Source: a virus (Duplodnaviria; Caudoviricetes). From it: a stretch of DNA of 40,175 nucleotides. The notes beneath the pieces are model-generated. The model saw only the letters and a program-made list of their open reading frames with translations. It did not search any database and was not told the origin of the DNA. How positions within the stretch are numbered: the first letter of the stretch is position 1; each line of letters starts with the position of its first letter. The stretch spans positions 1 through 40,175 of the IMG/VR virus record IMGVR_UViG_3300028585_000040; one strand, written 5' to 3'. Below are positions 23,466 through 33,309 of the stretch, piece after piece. A program made the position numbers and the translations under genes.

Positions 23466-24904
23466 TGCACGAAACACTGACTGTTCCTGGCCTGTCGGAA
23501 GATGAGAACCTGACCCTGAATGTGCTGGCCGAGAAGCTGGACGCGAAGGGCCCTCGTAATCGGCTCCGTTCGTCGTACTACGACGGTAAGCGCGCAATCG
23601 AGAGCGTCGGTGGGGTCATTCCGCCGCAGTATGGGCAGATTGGTATTGCTCTGGGGTGGGCTGCGAAGGGGGTCGATGGGCTTGCTCGTCGATGCAACCT
23701 GGACAAGTTCATTTGGACTGACGGCGACCTTGAGGCGCTGGGGATGCAGCAGCTCGAGGACAGCAACTTTCTCATGTCTGAGATTGCGCAGGCGCGAACG
23801 GATTCGCTGATCCACGGCGTCTCTTACTTGGTCACGACTCGTGGCACCGAGGACGAGCCTGCCGCTCTGATCCATGCGCGTGATGCTCTGAGCGCTACTG
23901 GCGAGTGGAATGTGCGTCGCCGTCGCCTGGACAACTTGCTGTCGGTGACAAGCCGCAAGGATCACAAGATCACCGGCTTTGTCCTGTACCTGGACGGCCT
24001 GACCATCACCGCTGACCATGCGGATGGCAAGTGGGAGGTGTCGCGCTCACAGCACTTATTTGGTGTGCCTGCTGAGCCGCTGGCGTACCGCCCGCGTTCG
24101 TCGCGGAGGATGGGCAAGAGCCGCATCTCGCGGCCTCTTATGTCCCACCAGGATTCGGCGCTGCGTGCGCTGGTTCGTCTTGAGGCGCACATGGACATCT
24201 ACACAATCCCGAAGATGATCCTGCTGGGCGCTGACGAGGGCATCTTCCGCAATGCGGATGGTACCCCGAAGACGTCATGGCAAGTTGCTCTGGGGCGCGC
24301 GTTTGGTATCCCGGATGACGAGGATGCTCAGAATCCGCGTGCTGATGTGAAGCAGTTCTCGGCTGAGTCTCCTGAGCCTCACCTTGCGGATCTGAATGCG
24401 CTGGCGAAGCTTGCTGCGCGTGAGACTGATCTGCCGGATGCAGACTTTGCGCTGTCTGACATGGCGAATCCGACGAGTGAGGGTTCGTACATTGCTGGCC
24501 GCGACAACCTGATTGCTGAGGCTGAGGGCGCGATGGACGATTGGTCCATTTCGATCCGCCGCGCTGTGACTAAGGGGCTCGCAATCCAGAACGGCCTGGC
24601 CGAGGTGCCGGCTGAGTGGGCGTCGATTGGTACGAAGTGGCGTTCGCCGCTGTACCTGTCTCGTTCGGCTGCTGCTGATGCTGGGTCGAAGCAGATTGGT
24701 GCTGCTCCGTGGCTTGCTGAGACTGAGGTTGGTCTTGAGCTGCTGGGTCTTGATGAGCAGCAGATCCGTCGTGCGTTGGCCGAGAAGCAGCGTGTGACGG
24801 GCCGTGATGTTGTGGCTGCTCTTGCGAACCGTTCGACGAGTCAGGGGGCTGCGAATGCCGTCAGCGCGACAGTCACGGGCGGTTCTGCAGCTTCTGACGG
24901 CTGA
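23465..24904 (+). CDS. Portal protein
   Basis: 479 aa after terL; YYDG, WAAKGVDGLARR, GKSRISRPLM. Confidence 0.9.
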   Translation: MHETLTVPGLSEDENLTLNVLAEKLDAKGPRNRLRSSYYDGKRAIESVGGVIPPQYGQIGIALGWAAKGVDGLARRCNLDKFIWTDGDLEALGMQQLEDSNFLMSEIAQARTDSLIHGVSYLVTTRGTEDEPAALIHARDALSATGEWNVRRRRLDNLLSVTSRKDHKITGFVLYLDGLTITADHADGKWEVSRSQHLFGVPAEPLAYRPRSSRRMGKSRISRPLMSHQDSALRALVRLEAHMDIYTIPKMILLGADEGIFRNADGTPKTSWQVALGRAFGIPDDEDAQNPRADVKQFSAESPEPHLADLNALAKLAARETDLPDADFALSDMANPTSEGSYIAGRDNLIAEAEGAMDDWSISIRRAVTKGLAIQNGLAEVPAEWASIGTKWRSPLYLSRSAAADAGSKQIGAAPWLAETEVGLELLGLDEQQIRRALAEKQRVTGRDVVAALANRSTSQGAANAVSATVTGGSAASDG

Positions 24905-25553
24905 TGCTCTTGGGAACACGCGGGAGTTGGTTTCGCGGCTTCGCGGGACTGCTGAGCAGCGCCGTCTGGTGTTGCTCGAGAGTGTTCCGGGGCTGATTGG
25001 TTACTACTCGGATGGGTCGGCGGCTTTGGCGGCTGACTTCTATGAGGAGGAGCGTGAGGCTGCGGGTCTTGCGTCGGGTTTCGCGGTTGAGGCGGTTGTT
25101 GCGGATCGGGTTGTGGAGCAGCGTCGTGGCGTGGCTTGGGCTTCGAGACCGTTCTTCGACGAGGATCTCGTCGCTTCCGGGGCTGCTGGCAGTTTGGTCG
25201 CTAGTCGGCTGGCTGAGGTGGTTCAGCTCGAGACTGCGCGCCCATACCGGGACACGATCTTGTCGAACCGGCGTGCGGACCCGCAGGCGATCGGTTGGCG
25301 ACGCGTCACAGCTGGTGGCTGCAGATTCTGCAGGATGCTGGCCGACCGTGGTGCTGTGTACCGCGAGACCACGGCCCGGTTCGCGGCCCACACGAGTTGC
25401 CATTGTTCCGCTCAGCCAGTGTTCGTCGGCGGGGATGTTGGCGAGGAAGCGTCCGCCATTCAGTACCTCGCTAGCCGGCGCTCACGGACACCTGCGCAGC
25501 GCGCTCAGGTGCGCTCATACCTGGACTCGGTTTACGGACCTGAGACCCATTAG
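24855..25553 (+). CDS. Head morphogenesis / minor capsid (MuF-like) protein
   Basis: WRRVT..GCRFCRMLADRGAVY...AHTSCHC; between portal and scaffold. Confidence 0.75.
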   Translation: MPSARQSRAVLQLLTADALGNTRELVSRLRGTAEQRRLVLLESVPGLIGYYSDGSAALAADFYEEEREAAGLASGFAVEAVVADRVVEQRRGVAWASRPFFDEDLVASGAAGSLVASRLAEVVQLETARPYRDTILSNRRADPQAIGWRRVTAGGCRFCRMLADRGAVYRETTARFAAHTSCHCSAQPVFVGGDVGEEASAIQYLASRRSRTPAQRAQVRSYLDSVYGPETH

Positions 25554-25632
25554 CTACCCCGATGCGGGGTGAACGTTACGGCCACGTCTAAGGCCGGTCT
25601 GATGTGCGACGGCACGGAAACGGAGTACCGGA

Positions 25633-26103
25633 ATGGCAGAGAACGAAGGCACTACGACCACGGCTGAGCAGGGTGCGACAGCGACTGAGCAGCAGGGTCA
25701 GGTCATCACTCAGGCTGACGTGGATCGCATCGTCAAGGACCGTGTTGCACGTGTCCAGGCGAAGTATGCGGACTACGACGACCTGAAGGCGAAGGCTGAG
25801 GGTGCGAAGTCGGTTGAGGAGAAGCTTGCCGAGCTTGAGGGCAAGTATTCGGCGGCTGAGGCTCGTGCGCTGCGCAGCGACATCGCGGCGAAGCACGGCC
25901 TGAGCGCGGAGGACCGAGACCTGTTCCTGACCGGTACGGACGAGTCAACTCTCACAGCGCAGGCGGAACGTCTTGCGGCTCGTGAGGCAGACCGGAAGAA
26001 GCAGGGCAACGTCGCACCCAAGGAGGGTGCAACCACAAACACGGGCAACGCCAGCAGCGACGTGAAGCAGTTCGCACGTCAGCTGTTTGGGCGTACCGAC
26101 TAA
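25633..26103 (+). CDS. Capsid scaffolding protein
   Basis: TQADVDRIVKDRVAR..AKYADYDDLKAKA; directly before the MCP. Confidence 0.85.
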   Translation: MAENEGTTTTAEQGATATEQQGQVITQADVDRIVKDRVARVQAKYADYDDLKAKAEGAKSVEEKLAELEGKYSAAEARALRSDIAAKHGLSAEDRDLFLTGTDESTLTAQAERLAAREADRKKQGNVAPKEGATTNTGNASSDVKQFARQLFGRTD

Positions 26104-26118
26104 CCAGAAAGGGTCATC

Positions 26119-27021
26119 ATGGCCGCGCTTACCTCGGGATTTCTGAACCTCCCGAACCAGATTATTGATCCTTGGCTTGGGAAGGTGCAGGGCGGTTCGA
26201 CTGTCGCTGCCCTCTCCGGGGCTATCCCCATGAAGTTCGGCACCGGCTCGACAATGACTTTCGACATCGGTGAGGCTGAGTACGTCGGTGAGGGTGCCCA
26301 GAAGGGCGCTTCGACTGTCACGAAGGCCACCCAGACGGTCACGCCGTTCAAGTTCCACAAGACCATCCGCATGAACGAGGAGGCCAAGTGGGCTGACGAG
26401 GACACGCAGGCTGGTTACATCGACGACATCCTGTCGCAGATTCAGCCGGCGCTGTCTCGTGCACTGGACTTCGGTGTGTTCCACGGCATCAACCCGACTG
26501 GTGGTGCTGCGGTTGCGGCTATGACGCAGAAGCTTTCTGCGACCACGAATCAGGTTGAGCGTGCCGCGGCTGACAAGCCGTACGCGAACCTCGACGCCGC
26601 TGACGCCCTGGTCCTGGCGAACAGCTACGTTCCTGCGAACGTGGCGCTTGACCCGACGTTCGCGGCGAAGTTCTCGGCGCTGCGTGGCGGTCAGACGGAG
26701 CAGAAGCTGTACCCGAACTTTGCTCTGTCGACGGCTCCCTCGGAGCTTGACGGTCACGTGGCTTCGGTCTCGCGCACTGTCAGCGCTGTGGGTGTCGCTG
26801 CTGCGCCGACTGGCATCCTCGGTGTCGTCGGTGACTTCTCGGCCATCCGTTGGGGCATTCAGCGTCAGATCGGCCTCGAGCTGATCGAGTACGGCGACCC
26901 GGACGGCGGCGGCGACCTGAAGCGCAACAACCAGATCGCGTTCCGCGCCGAGGTTCTCTACGGCTGGGGAATCGCTGACCTGAACGCGTTCGCGCTCGTG
27001 GTCGACAAGGTTGCTGGCTGA
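26119..27021 (+). CDS. Major capsid protein (HK97 fold)
   Basis: AEYVGEG, GDFSAIRWG, DLKRNNQIAFRAE. Confidence 0.92.
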   Translation: MAALTSGFLNLPNQIIDPWLGKVQGGSTVAALSGAIPMKFGTGSTMTFDIGEAEYVGEGAQKGASTVTKATQTVTPFKFHKTIRMNEEAKWADEDTQAGYIDDILSQIQPALSRALDFGVFHGINPTGGAAVAAMTQKLSATTNQVERAAADKPYANLDAADALVLANSYVPANVALDPTFAAKFSALRGGQTEQKLYPNFALSTAPSELDGHVASVSRTVSAVGVAAAPTGILGVVGDFSAIRWGIQRQIGLELIEYGDPDGGGDLKRNNQIAFRAEVLYGWGIADLNAFALVVDKVAG

Positions 27022-27158
27022 TGCCTGTCCTGAAGAACACGGACGGCGTTGTCGTTTCGGTTTCTGACGAGACGGCGGCGCTGCTCGGTTCCGAGTGGGT
27101 CAGCGGTGAGCAGGAGCCGAAGCGGTCGCCCGGCCGCCCGAAGAAGTCTGACGACTAA
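27021..27158 (+). CDS. Small protein after the MCP (45 aa, GRPKK tail)
   Basis: MPVLKNTDGVVVSVSDETA..LGSEW...PGRPKKSDD. Confidence 0.7.
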   Translation: MPVLKNTDGVVVSVSDETAALLGSEWVSGEQEPKRSPGRPKKSDD

Positions 27159-27176
27159 GTAGCGAAGGGGGCGGTC

Positions 27177-27653
27177 ATGGCTGTGACTCCCAGCATGATT
27201 GCGGTTGCTCTCGGGCAGGCCGCCCCCGAAGCTGGCTCTGTTCAGGAGCAGCAGTGGCAGTTGTGGATTGATGACGCCTACATGCTGATCGATTCGCGGG
27301 TGTCGTCGACCACGCCGGCACCGGTGATCGATGAGGCCCGGCTTGACTACGTGGTCCGTGAGGCTGTGGTCTCGCATGTCCGTAAGCCGGATGATGCGAC
27401 TCAGGTCACGGTGTCTGTGGATGACGGTTCGACGTCGCGGTCTTACCAGTCGGGGAAGGGGCGGGTGACCATCCTTGATGAGTGGTGGGTGCTGCTGGGG
27501 CTCACGGATTCGTCGAAGGCGTTCGCGCTGGACATGGTTCCGACTGGGACTCGGCACCTCCCGTGGTGCACGCTGCTGCTTGGGGGGACGTTCTGCTCGT
27601 GCGGGACGGACATTGCTGGTCGTCCTATCTATGAGGAGGACGACCGGTGGTGA
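27177..27653 (+). CDS. Head-to-tail adaptor
   Basis: Position; YVVREAVV...PDDATQVTVSVDDGS. Confidence 0.75.
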   Translation: MAVTPSMIAVALGQAAPEAGSVQEQQWQLWIDDAYMLIDSRVSSTTPAPVIDEARLDYVVREAVVSHVRKPDDATQVTVSVDDGSTSRSYQSGKGRVTILDEWWVLLGLTDSSKAFALDMVPTGTRHLPWCTLLLGGTFCSCGTDIAGRPIYEEDDRW

Positions 27654-28060
27654 GCCTCGAGAGTGACATTCAGGCAACGCTCCCGTTCCTGCGGGCTCAG
27701 GCTGAGTCGCGAATGACGGATGCGTGCGAGATTGGCACGGTCATCCCGGGCGATGTACTGGATGAGGAGACCGGCGAGTACGCACCCGGCTTCGAGGTTG
27801 CCTATTCAGGCCGGTGCCGTTTCAAGGCTGGCGCGACGGCTGCTGGTGAGATTGACGCGTCGGGTCAGCTTCTGGTGGAGCAGGATTCGGTGCTGTCGCT
27901 GCCGGTGGGCACGTCGCTTGGTGTTCGGAAGGACATGGAGGTTCGTATGACGGCCTCCCTGACTGACCCTGCTCTGGTTGGTGTCAAGGCTCGGATCAAG
28001 GCTCCGTCCGTGGGTTCGTATCGCACTGCGCGACGGTTCGCGATTGAGGTGACTAGCTGA
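27647..28060 (+). CDS. Head-to-tail stopper-like protein (DUF6093-like)
   Basis: AESRMTDAC...YSGRCR...TARR. Confidence 0.7.
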   Translation: MVSLESDIQATLPFLRAQAESRMTDACEIGTVIPGDVLDEETGEYAPGFEVAYSGRCRFKAGATAAGEIDASGQLLVEQDSVLSLPVGTSLGVRKDMEVRMTASLTDPALVGVKARIKAPSVGSYRTARRFAIEVTS

Positions 28061-28470
28061 TGCCTGATGGTTCCACTGTTGACTTTTCGGACTTGACCCG
28101 GCTGGCTGCGGATCTTGGTGAGGTGCCGGATAACGCTGGTCCGAAGATTCGGCAGGCGGTTGAGGTCAGTGCTCGGAATGTGAAGGACGCATGGCGGCAG
28201 AAGCTGCAGGGCGCACGTGCGCTTCCCCGGGCTGCTGCGTCGATTGACTACGAGATCAAGGGCAGTGCTGCTGCGTCCGGCTCAGTCGTCGAGGCTGAGA
28301 TTGGTGCGCGTAATGGCGGCCAGGGTTCTCTGGTTGGCAAGACGGAGTTCGGGTCTGTGAATAACGGGCCTAAGGGTTATGGGGCCGGCGCTCTTGCTGA
28401 GACGCAGGAGGATTTCGAGCGTGGCTTGTCGCGCGCCTTGGCCGATGCGGAGAGGCGGGCTGGCCTGTGA
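28060..28470 (+). CDS. Neck/tail-completion protein (HK97 gp10-like)
   Basis: Position; AEIG...EFGS. Confidence 0.65.
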   Translation: MPDGSTVDFSDLTRLAADLGEVPDNAGPKIRQAVEVSARNVKDAWRQKLQGARALPRAAASIDYEIKGSAAASGSVVEAEIGARNGGQGSLVGKTEFGSVNNGPKGYGAGALAETQEDFERGLSRALADAERRAGL

Positions 28471-28862
28471 TTCGTGCGCATGCGAAGGCGATTGTGGCGC
28501 GGCTCGAGGAGGATCTGATTCTTCGCGGGTCGACGTTTCAGGGGGTTGTGACAAATCGTCCTGCCCGGTATTGCACGGTGTTCATGGACTCTGGGCTGCG
28601 GGTGGTTGAGCGGTTCAACGGTTTGCAGTCTGAGGTCACGTTTGGTGTGACGGTGCATTCCGTGGGCGCGACGGCTGAACAGTCCCAGCTTGTGGCTGAG
28701 CGGGTGATGGCCCAACTTCTCGACTACAGGCCGACTGTGGCTGGCCGTGATTGCCGCCGCCTGAGGCATGTGTCGTCAGTCCCGGTCGATCTCGACATCG
28801 ACGTCTCTCCCCCGCTGTATTACTCGGTCGATCAGTTCGACCTGACTAGCTCGCCGGCTTAG
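28467..28862 (+). CDS. Tail terminator protein
   Basis: Gene immediately before the major tail protein, 131 aa. Confidence 0.65.
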   Translation: MIRAHAKAIVARLEEDLILRGSTFQGVVTNRPARYCTVFMDSGLRVVERFNGLQSEVTFGVTVHSVGATAEQSQLVAERVMAQLLDYRPTVAGRDCRRLRHVSSVPVDLDIDVSPPLYYSVDQFDLTSSPA

Positions 28863-28976
28863 AGCCCGAGCTGCAACTAGCGCCTCACCTGTCTGGTGGG
28901 GCGTTTCGCATTTCACCCGCACCGCGGGTTACCGCCTTCGGGGATCTCCGGGGCACCCGACACAAAGGAGAACCAC

Positions 28977-29489
28977 ATGGCTGACGGCCTTGATCCCGTT
29001 GTTGCTTCAACTCAGTCCGATGGTCGCTGGAAGATCGCATGGATTCCGAAGGGGACGGGCACTGCTCCGAATCCTCTTTCGGCTGCGATCCTGAAGGGCA
29101 GCACGTCGGTTCCGCTGACGTACTCGTTCACTCCGGACGGTTTCAACCCGACGACGACGCAGGCAAGCGTTGAGGATAAGCGCCTCACGCTGACGCAGGA
29201 TCTGTCGCGACCCGGCAAGACCACGGACGCACTGTCGACCAAGTACGTCGACTCGACGGACCCGAAGTCGGCTGCTGTTGCCCTGCCGCAGAACACGGAG
29301 GGTTTTTTCGTGATCCGCCGCGGCAAGAACAACGAGACCGACTGGACTGTCGGAGACATCGTGGACGTGTGGACGTGCATCACTGGTGTCCAGCGGAACG
29401 CTGCCCCCACTGAGAACGGTCTTGACCTGATCGAGCAGGACATGTTCATCACTGCTCCGTCGCAGCGCAAGAAGGTTGTTGTCGCGTAG
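28977..29489 (+). CDS. Major tail protein
   Basis: RBS aaggag; LTYSFTPDGF, G..VIRRG, GDIVDVW. Confidence 0.85.
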   Translation: MADGLDPVVASTQSDGRWKIAWIPKGTGTAPNPLSAAILKGSTSVPLTYSFTPDGFNPTTTQASVEDKRLTLTQDLSRPGKTTDALSTKYVDSTDPKSAAVALPQNTEGFFVIRRGKNNETDWTVGDIVDVWTCITGVQRNAAPTENGLDLIEQDMFITAPSQRKKVVVA

Positions 29490-29574
29490 CTGAGACTCCT
29501 GCCGGGGTGCCCACCGTCACCCCGGCAGGTTCCATCCCTAACGGTGACTAACGGTGGATAGAAACGGTGAACTG

Positions 29575-30042
29575 ATGAGCTTTTCTGATGACCTGCAGGC
29601 TGCGAAGAACGCGGCTGTTCCGTTCGTAGATGTGAACGTGATGCTTGCCGGGAACCTGCACACGCTGCGGTTCCGGCAGATGAATGGCCTTGATTGGAAT
29701 GACGCGGTGGACCGTCACCCGCTGCGTCCTGGGGTGGCCTATGACTCGCAGTACGGGTACAACCTGCGCACCCTCACCCGGTATGTGGCCCGCAAGTGTG
29801 GTGCCCGCCTGGTCGATGGCAAGGAAGTGCCGCTGCATGTTGACCCGATTGATCCTGAGGATCCGGATGCTGAGCGTGTCGACGAGTGGGCTGACCTGTT
29901 CGCTGCACTGACGGGCCACTTTGAGGGGAAGATCGGTGACGCGATCTACAACCTGAATGAGTACCAGTCGCATGTGGCTGTGGCTAAGGCTCAGGAGCAG
30001 CTAAAAAAAGCACGAACGGGCTCTGGGAAGTCCTTCGCCTAG
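29575..30042 (+). CDS. Tail assembly chaperone (G)
   Basis: Between the MTP and TMP; ends just after an A7 slippery run. Confidence 0.85.
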   Translation: MSFSDDLQAAKNAAVPFVDVNVMLAGNLHTLRFRQMNGLDWNDAVDRHPLRPGVAYDSQYGYNLRTLTRYVARKCGARLVDGKEVPLHVDPIDPEDPDAERVDEWADLFAALTGHFEGKIGDAIYNLNEYQSHVAVAKAQEQLKKARTGSGKSFA

Positions 30043-30422
30043 CGTCCAAGCTTGGTGTTTCGCCTCGGCGGTTGCAGGGGTGGGAGCCGCGTGAGTTCAC
30101 CCGGCATGAGTATGCGGATGGTGTGCTGGTTGCTTCGGTGACTGAGCGTGAACCTGAGTGGGATCGTTCGCAGCTCGACATGATGCTTGCTTACGAGCGG
30201 GTCATGGCGGATATGGGCCCGCATGGTCACCCGATGTCTGAGGCGACTGACCCACAGGCGAACCCGAGCGTGGCCGGCGGGTGGCATTACGAGGCGAACA
30301 AGGCCCCGAAAAAGGACTACGCGGCGCAGGCGATTGACCGCGCCCGGGATGCTTTCTACGCGCAGTACAAGGACGCTGACCGATCAGGCGACGTCTGGTA
30401 CGCGACGCGGGTTGATGACTAA
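30003..30422 (+). CDS. Tail assembly chaperone -1 frameshift extension (GT)
   Basis: A AAA AAA G at 30003-30010; the -1 frame is open: STNGLWEVLRLASKLGVSPRRLQGWEP... Confidence 0.85.
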   Translation, partial: KKSTNGLWEVLRLASKLGVSPRRLQGWEPREFTRHEYADGVLVASVTEREPEWDRSQLDMMLAYERVMADMGPHGHPMSEATDPQANPSVAGGWHYEANKAPKKDYAAQAIDRARDAFYAQYKDADRSGDVWYATRVDD

Positions 30423-30595
30423 CGCTTGAGCAGGAACCCGATGGGTCCGATGGCTGCGGGGCGTGTGACGTTTTCCACGACCCAGCCATCGGGGACGTAG
30501 ACGCGGTTCAGCTCTTCAGAGGCGTACCGGTCGACGTCGCCTGAGCGCACCTCTTTGCCGCTGCTGGGCAGGCTCACGTATTTGTATTCGGGCAC
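30419..30595 (-). CDS. Small reverse-strand moron, DUF4177-like (58 aa)
   Basis: MPEYKYVSLP...EELNRVYVPDGWVVENV...FLLKR exactly fills the chaperone-TMP gap. Confidence 0.65.
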   Translation of the reverse strand: MPEYKYVSLPSSGKEVRSGDVDRYASEELNRVYVPDGWVVENVTRPAAIGPIGFLLKR

Positions 30596-30636
30596 GCCCT
30601 GATCTTCACATATTTCAACAGAAGGCGGTAGGGCAG

Positions 30637-33309
30637 ATGGCAGGCACCAGAACTACGCGCGTGAGTTTGGTGGCCGAGGTCTCGGGCTACATCTCTGGGA
30701 TGGACCGTGCTGCTCGAGCTACCCGCGAGACGGGCTCTGAGGCTGAGCGGCTGTCTCAGCGGCGCGACGGAATCCAGGCTCTCGGTGCTGCGATGTTCGC
30801 GGTTGGGACGCTGGCTGCTGCTGGTGTGGCGCTTGCTGTGGCGAAGTACGCGGAGTTCGATGCGCAGATGTCGTCGGTGCAGGCGGCGACGCACGAGACG
30901 ACCGAGAACATGGCTCTGCTGCGGGATGCGGCGATTCAGGCTGGCGCGTCGACGGTGTTCTCTGCGACGGAAGCGGCGCAGGCGGTTGAGGAGCTGGCTA
31001 AGGCTGGTGTCTCGACCGCTGACATTCTTGGTGGTGGGCTTAAGGGTGCGCTTGACCTGGCGTCTGCGGGTCAGCTTGATGTGGCGCAGGCGGCTGAGAT
31101 CGCGGCGACGGCTATGACCCAGTTTGGTCTGGCTGGTACTGAGGTGCCGCACATTGCTGACCTTCTTGCTGCCGGCGCTGGTAAGGCGCAGGGTTCGGTG
31201 GAGGATCTGTCGAACGCGCTCAACCAGGGTGGCCTGGTTGCCTCTCAGACGGGCCTGTCGATTGAGGAGACGACTGGTGCGCTGGCGGCGTTTGCGTCGG
31301 CTGGTTTGACTGGTTCGGATGCTGGCACGTCGTTCAAGTCGATGCTGCAGCGTCTGACTCCGCAGTCGAAGGAAGCTCAGCGGGCGATGGACGAGTTGGG
31401 CATTTCGGCTTATGACTCGCAGGGGCAGTTCATTGGTCTTGAGGCGTTTGCCGGGAACCTGCAGACTGCGCTGAAGGACCTGACACCTGAGGCCCGCAAC
31501 TCTGCCCTGGCTGTCATCTTCGGATCTGATGCTGTTCGTGGTGCGTCGGTGATCTACGAGCAGGGCGCTAAGGGAATTGGCGACTGGATCGACAAGGTTG
31601 ATGACACTGGTTATGCCGCCGAAACTGCCCGCCTTAAGCTCGACAACCTCAAGGGCGACATCGAAAAGCTTGGTGGCGCTTTCGAGACTGCTCTCATTCA
31701 GACGGGCTCGAGCGCGAACGGTGTGCTCCGCAATCTGGTGCAGTCTGTCACGTTCCTGGTGGATGCGTTCGGGTCTGCACCTCCTCAGTTGCTGGCGGCA
31801 AGTCTTGGCCTTGGTGTGCTCATTGCTTCCATCGGTCTTGTCGGGGGCGGCATTTTGCTTGCCCTGCCGAAGATCGTGGAGTTCCGTGCGGCCCTAGCCC
31901 TTGTGGGCCTCTCTGGTCGCACGGCTGCGGTGGGCATTGGTGTGCTGAGCCTTGGCCTGGCCGCTCTGACTATCGGCATCGGTGCTGTGATCTCGAAGCA
32001 GGCCGACATTAGTGCGACGGCTCAGGAGTTGGCAGACTCTCTGGATGCGGCGACTGGTGCGACAACTCAGTACACGCGTGCGATTGTTGTCCGGAAGCTG
32101 CAAGAGGATGGCATCTTTGAGACGGCGAAGAAGGCGGGTGTCAGCCAGCGCGAACTGACCGATGCGGTCCTTGAAGGTGGCGACGCTCTTGACGCTGTGC
32201 AAGACAAGATTGGCAACCTGAACACTGCCGGGAACATCTTCAACGGTCTGGCGGTCAAGTCTGATCTGGCGGGCCGCGGGATCGCGAACCTGCGTGAGTC
32301 GGTTGAGGGGTCGTCGGAGGCTTTCGAGAACTCGAAGGAAGCGGGCGGCGCTGCTGCTGAGGGCCTTGATGAGGTCACGGATGGCATGGGCGAGGTCGGG
32401 TCTGCGGCAGATCAGACGGCGGCTGCTGTCGATGATCTGAAGGCAAAGATTGAGGGGTTTGGCTCTGCTCAGCTTGACGTGAACGAGGCCACCCGTGGCT
32501 TTGAGGCTTCTCTTGATGATCTCACTGAGTCGGTTACGACGAACGGGACCAGTCTTGACATCGGCACTGAGAAGGGGCGGGCTAACCAGGCCGCGCTTGA
32601 TGAGATTGCTACCTCAACCCTGGCTTTGGCTAGCGCAACATACACGCAGACTGGATCACAGGAGGCGGCAAGTGCGGTAATCGAGGTCGGTCGTCAGAAG
32701 CTGATTGCGGCCCAGGGGCAGCTCAGCGTTACGGGCCAGGCTGCTGAGGCGTACGCCGACAAGCTGGGTCTTATCCCTGGCAATATCCAAACGGCTGCTC
32801 AACTAACCGGCGTTGCTGCTGCTGAAGCTCAACTGAATCAGTTGGCCCGCGACCGGGCTGTCTCTCTGAATATTCGGGTCAACGAGCAGATCAGCGCGGA
32901 TAACCGTGCGGGTGGTGCCCGTTCCACGGTTGGCGGTGTCCCGTTCGCTGATGGTGGTGCGGTGCACGGTCCTGGCCCTGTGGGTAAGGACTCTGTGGCG
33001 GCGATGCTCGCCCCTGGTGAGCATGTGCTTACTGCAGCCGATGTGGCTCGGATGGGCGGACAGGCGGGCGTGTATGCGTTCCGGTCTGCCCTAAGCCAGG
33101 GGCGCGGGTATGCGTCTGGTGGCGCGGTCGCGTACCAGACGTCTTCGCCGGCCGGTAGTTCGCTGGCTGCTTTCGAGCCTCCGTCGTTCACAGTGTCGGT
33201 GCAGTCGAAGGGTGGTGTCGACCTGCTGAAGTACGTCGATGTGTCGATCCAGCAGAGCAAGCAGCAGAGCGGTGTGACGATCGCTAACCGTCGCCAGAGG
33301 GGGAAGTGA
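30637..33309 (+). CDS. Tape measure protein
   Basis: 890 aa Ala/Gly-rich; FDAQMSSV, FSATEAAQAVEELAKAG, GSDAGTSFK; C-terminal FADGG...GEHV. Confidence 0.95.
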   Translation: MAGTRTTRVSLVAEVSGYISGMDRAARATRETGSEAERLSQRRDGIQALGAAMFAVGTLAAAGVALAVAKYAEFDAQMSSVQAATHETTENMALLRDAAIQAGASTVFSATEAAQAVEELAKAGVSTADILGGGLKGALDLASAGQLDVAQAAEIAATAMTQFGLAGTEVPHIADLLAAGAGKAQGSVEDLSNALNQGGLVASQTGLSIEETTGALAAFASAGLTGSDAGTSFKSMLQRLTPQSKEAQRAMDELGISAYDSQGQFIGLEAFAGNLQTALKDLTPEARNSALAVIFGSDAVRGASVIYEQGAKGIGDWIDKVDDTGYAAETARLKLDNLKGDIEKLGGAFETALIQTGSSANGVLRNLVQSVTFLVDAFGSAPPQLLAASLGLGVLIASIGLVGGGILLALPKIVEFRAALALVGLSGRTAAVGIGVLSLGLAALTIGIGAVISKQADISATAQELADSLDAATGATTQYTRAIVVRKLQEDGIFETAKKAGVSQRELTDAVLEGGDALDAVQDKIGNLNTAGNIFNGLAVKSDLAGRGIANLRESVEGSSEAFENSKEAGGAAAEGLDEVTDGMGEVGSAADQTAAAVDDLKAKIEGFGSAQLDVNEATRGFEASLDDLTESVTTNGTSLDIGTEKGRANQAALDEIATSTLALASATYTQTGSQEAASAVIEVGRQKLIAAQGQLSVTGQAAEAYADKLGLIPGNIQTAAQLTGVAAAEAQLNQLARDRAVSLNIRVNEQISADNRAGGARSTVGGVPFADGGAVHGPGPVGKDSVAAMLAPGEHVLTAADVARMGGQAGVYAFRSALSQGRGYASGGAVAYQTSSPAGSSLAAFEPPSFTVSVQSKGGVDLLKYVDVSIQQSKQQSGVTIANRRQRGK

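Noticed and set aside
25599-25632. Hammerhead-like ccggtCTGATG...GAAAC...GTAccgg before the scaffold gene
   Set aside because: Conserved A9 and the G10.1-C11.1 pair are missing; more likely an ordinary structured translation leader
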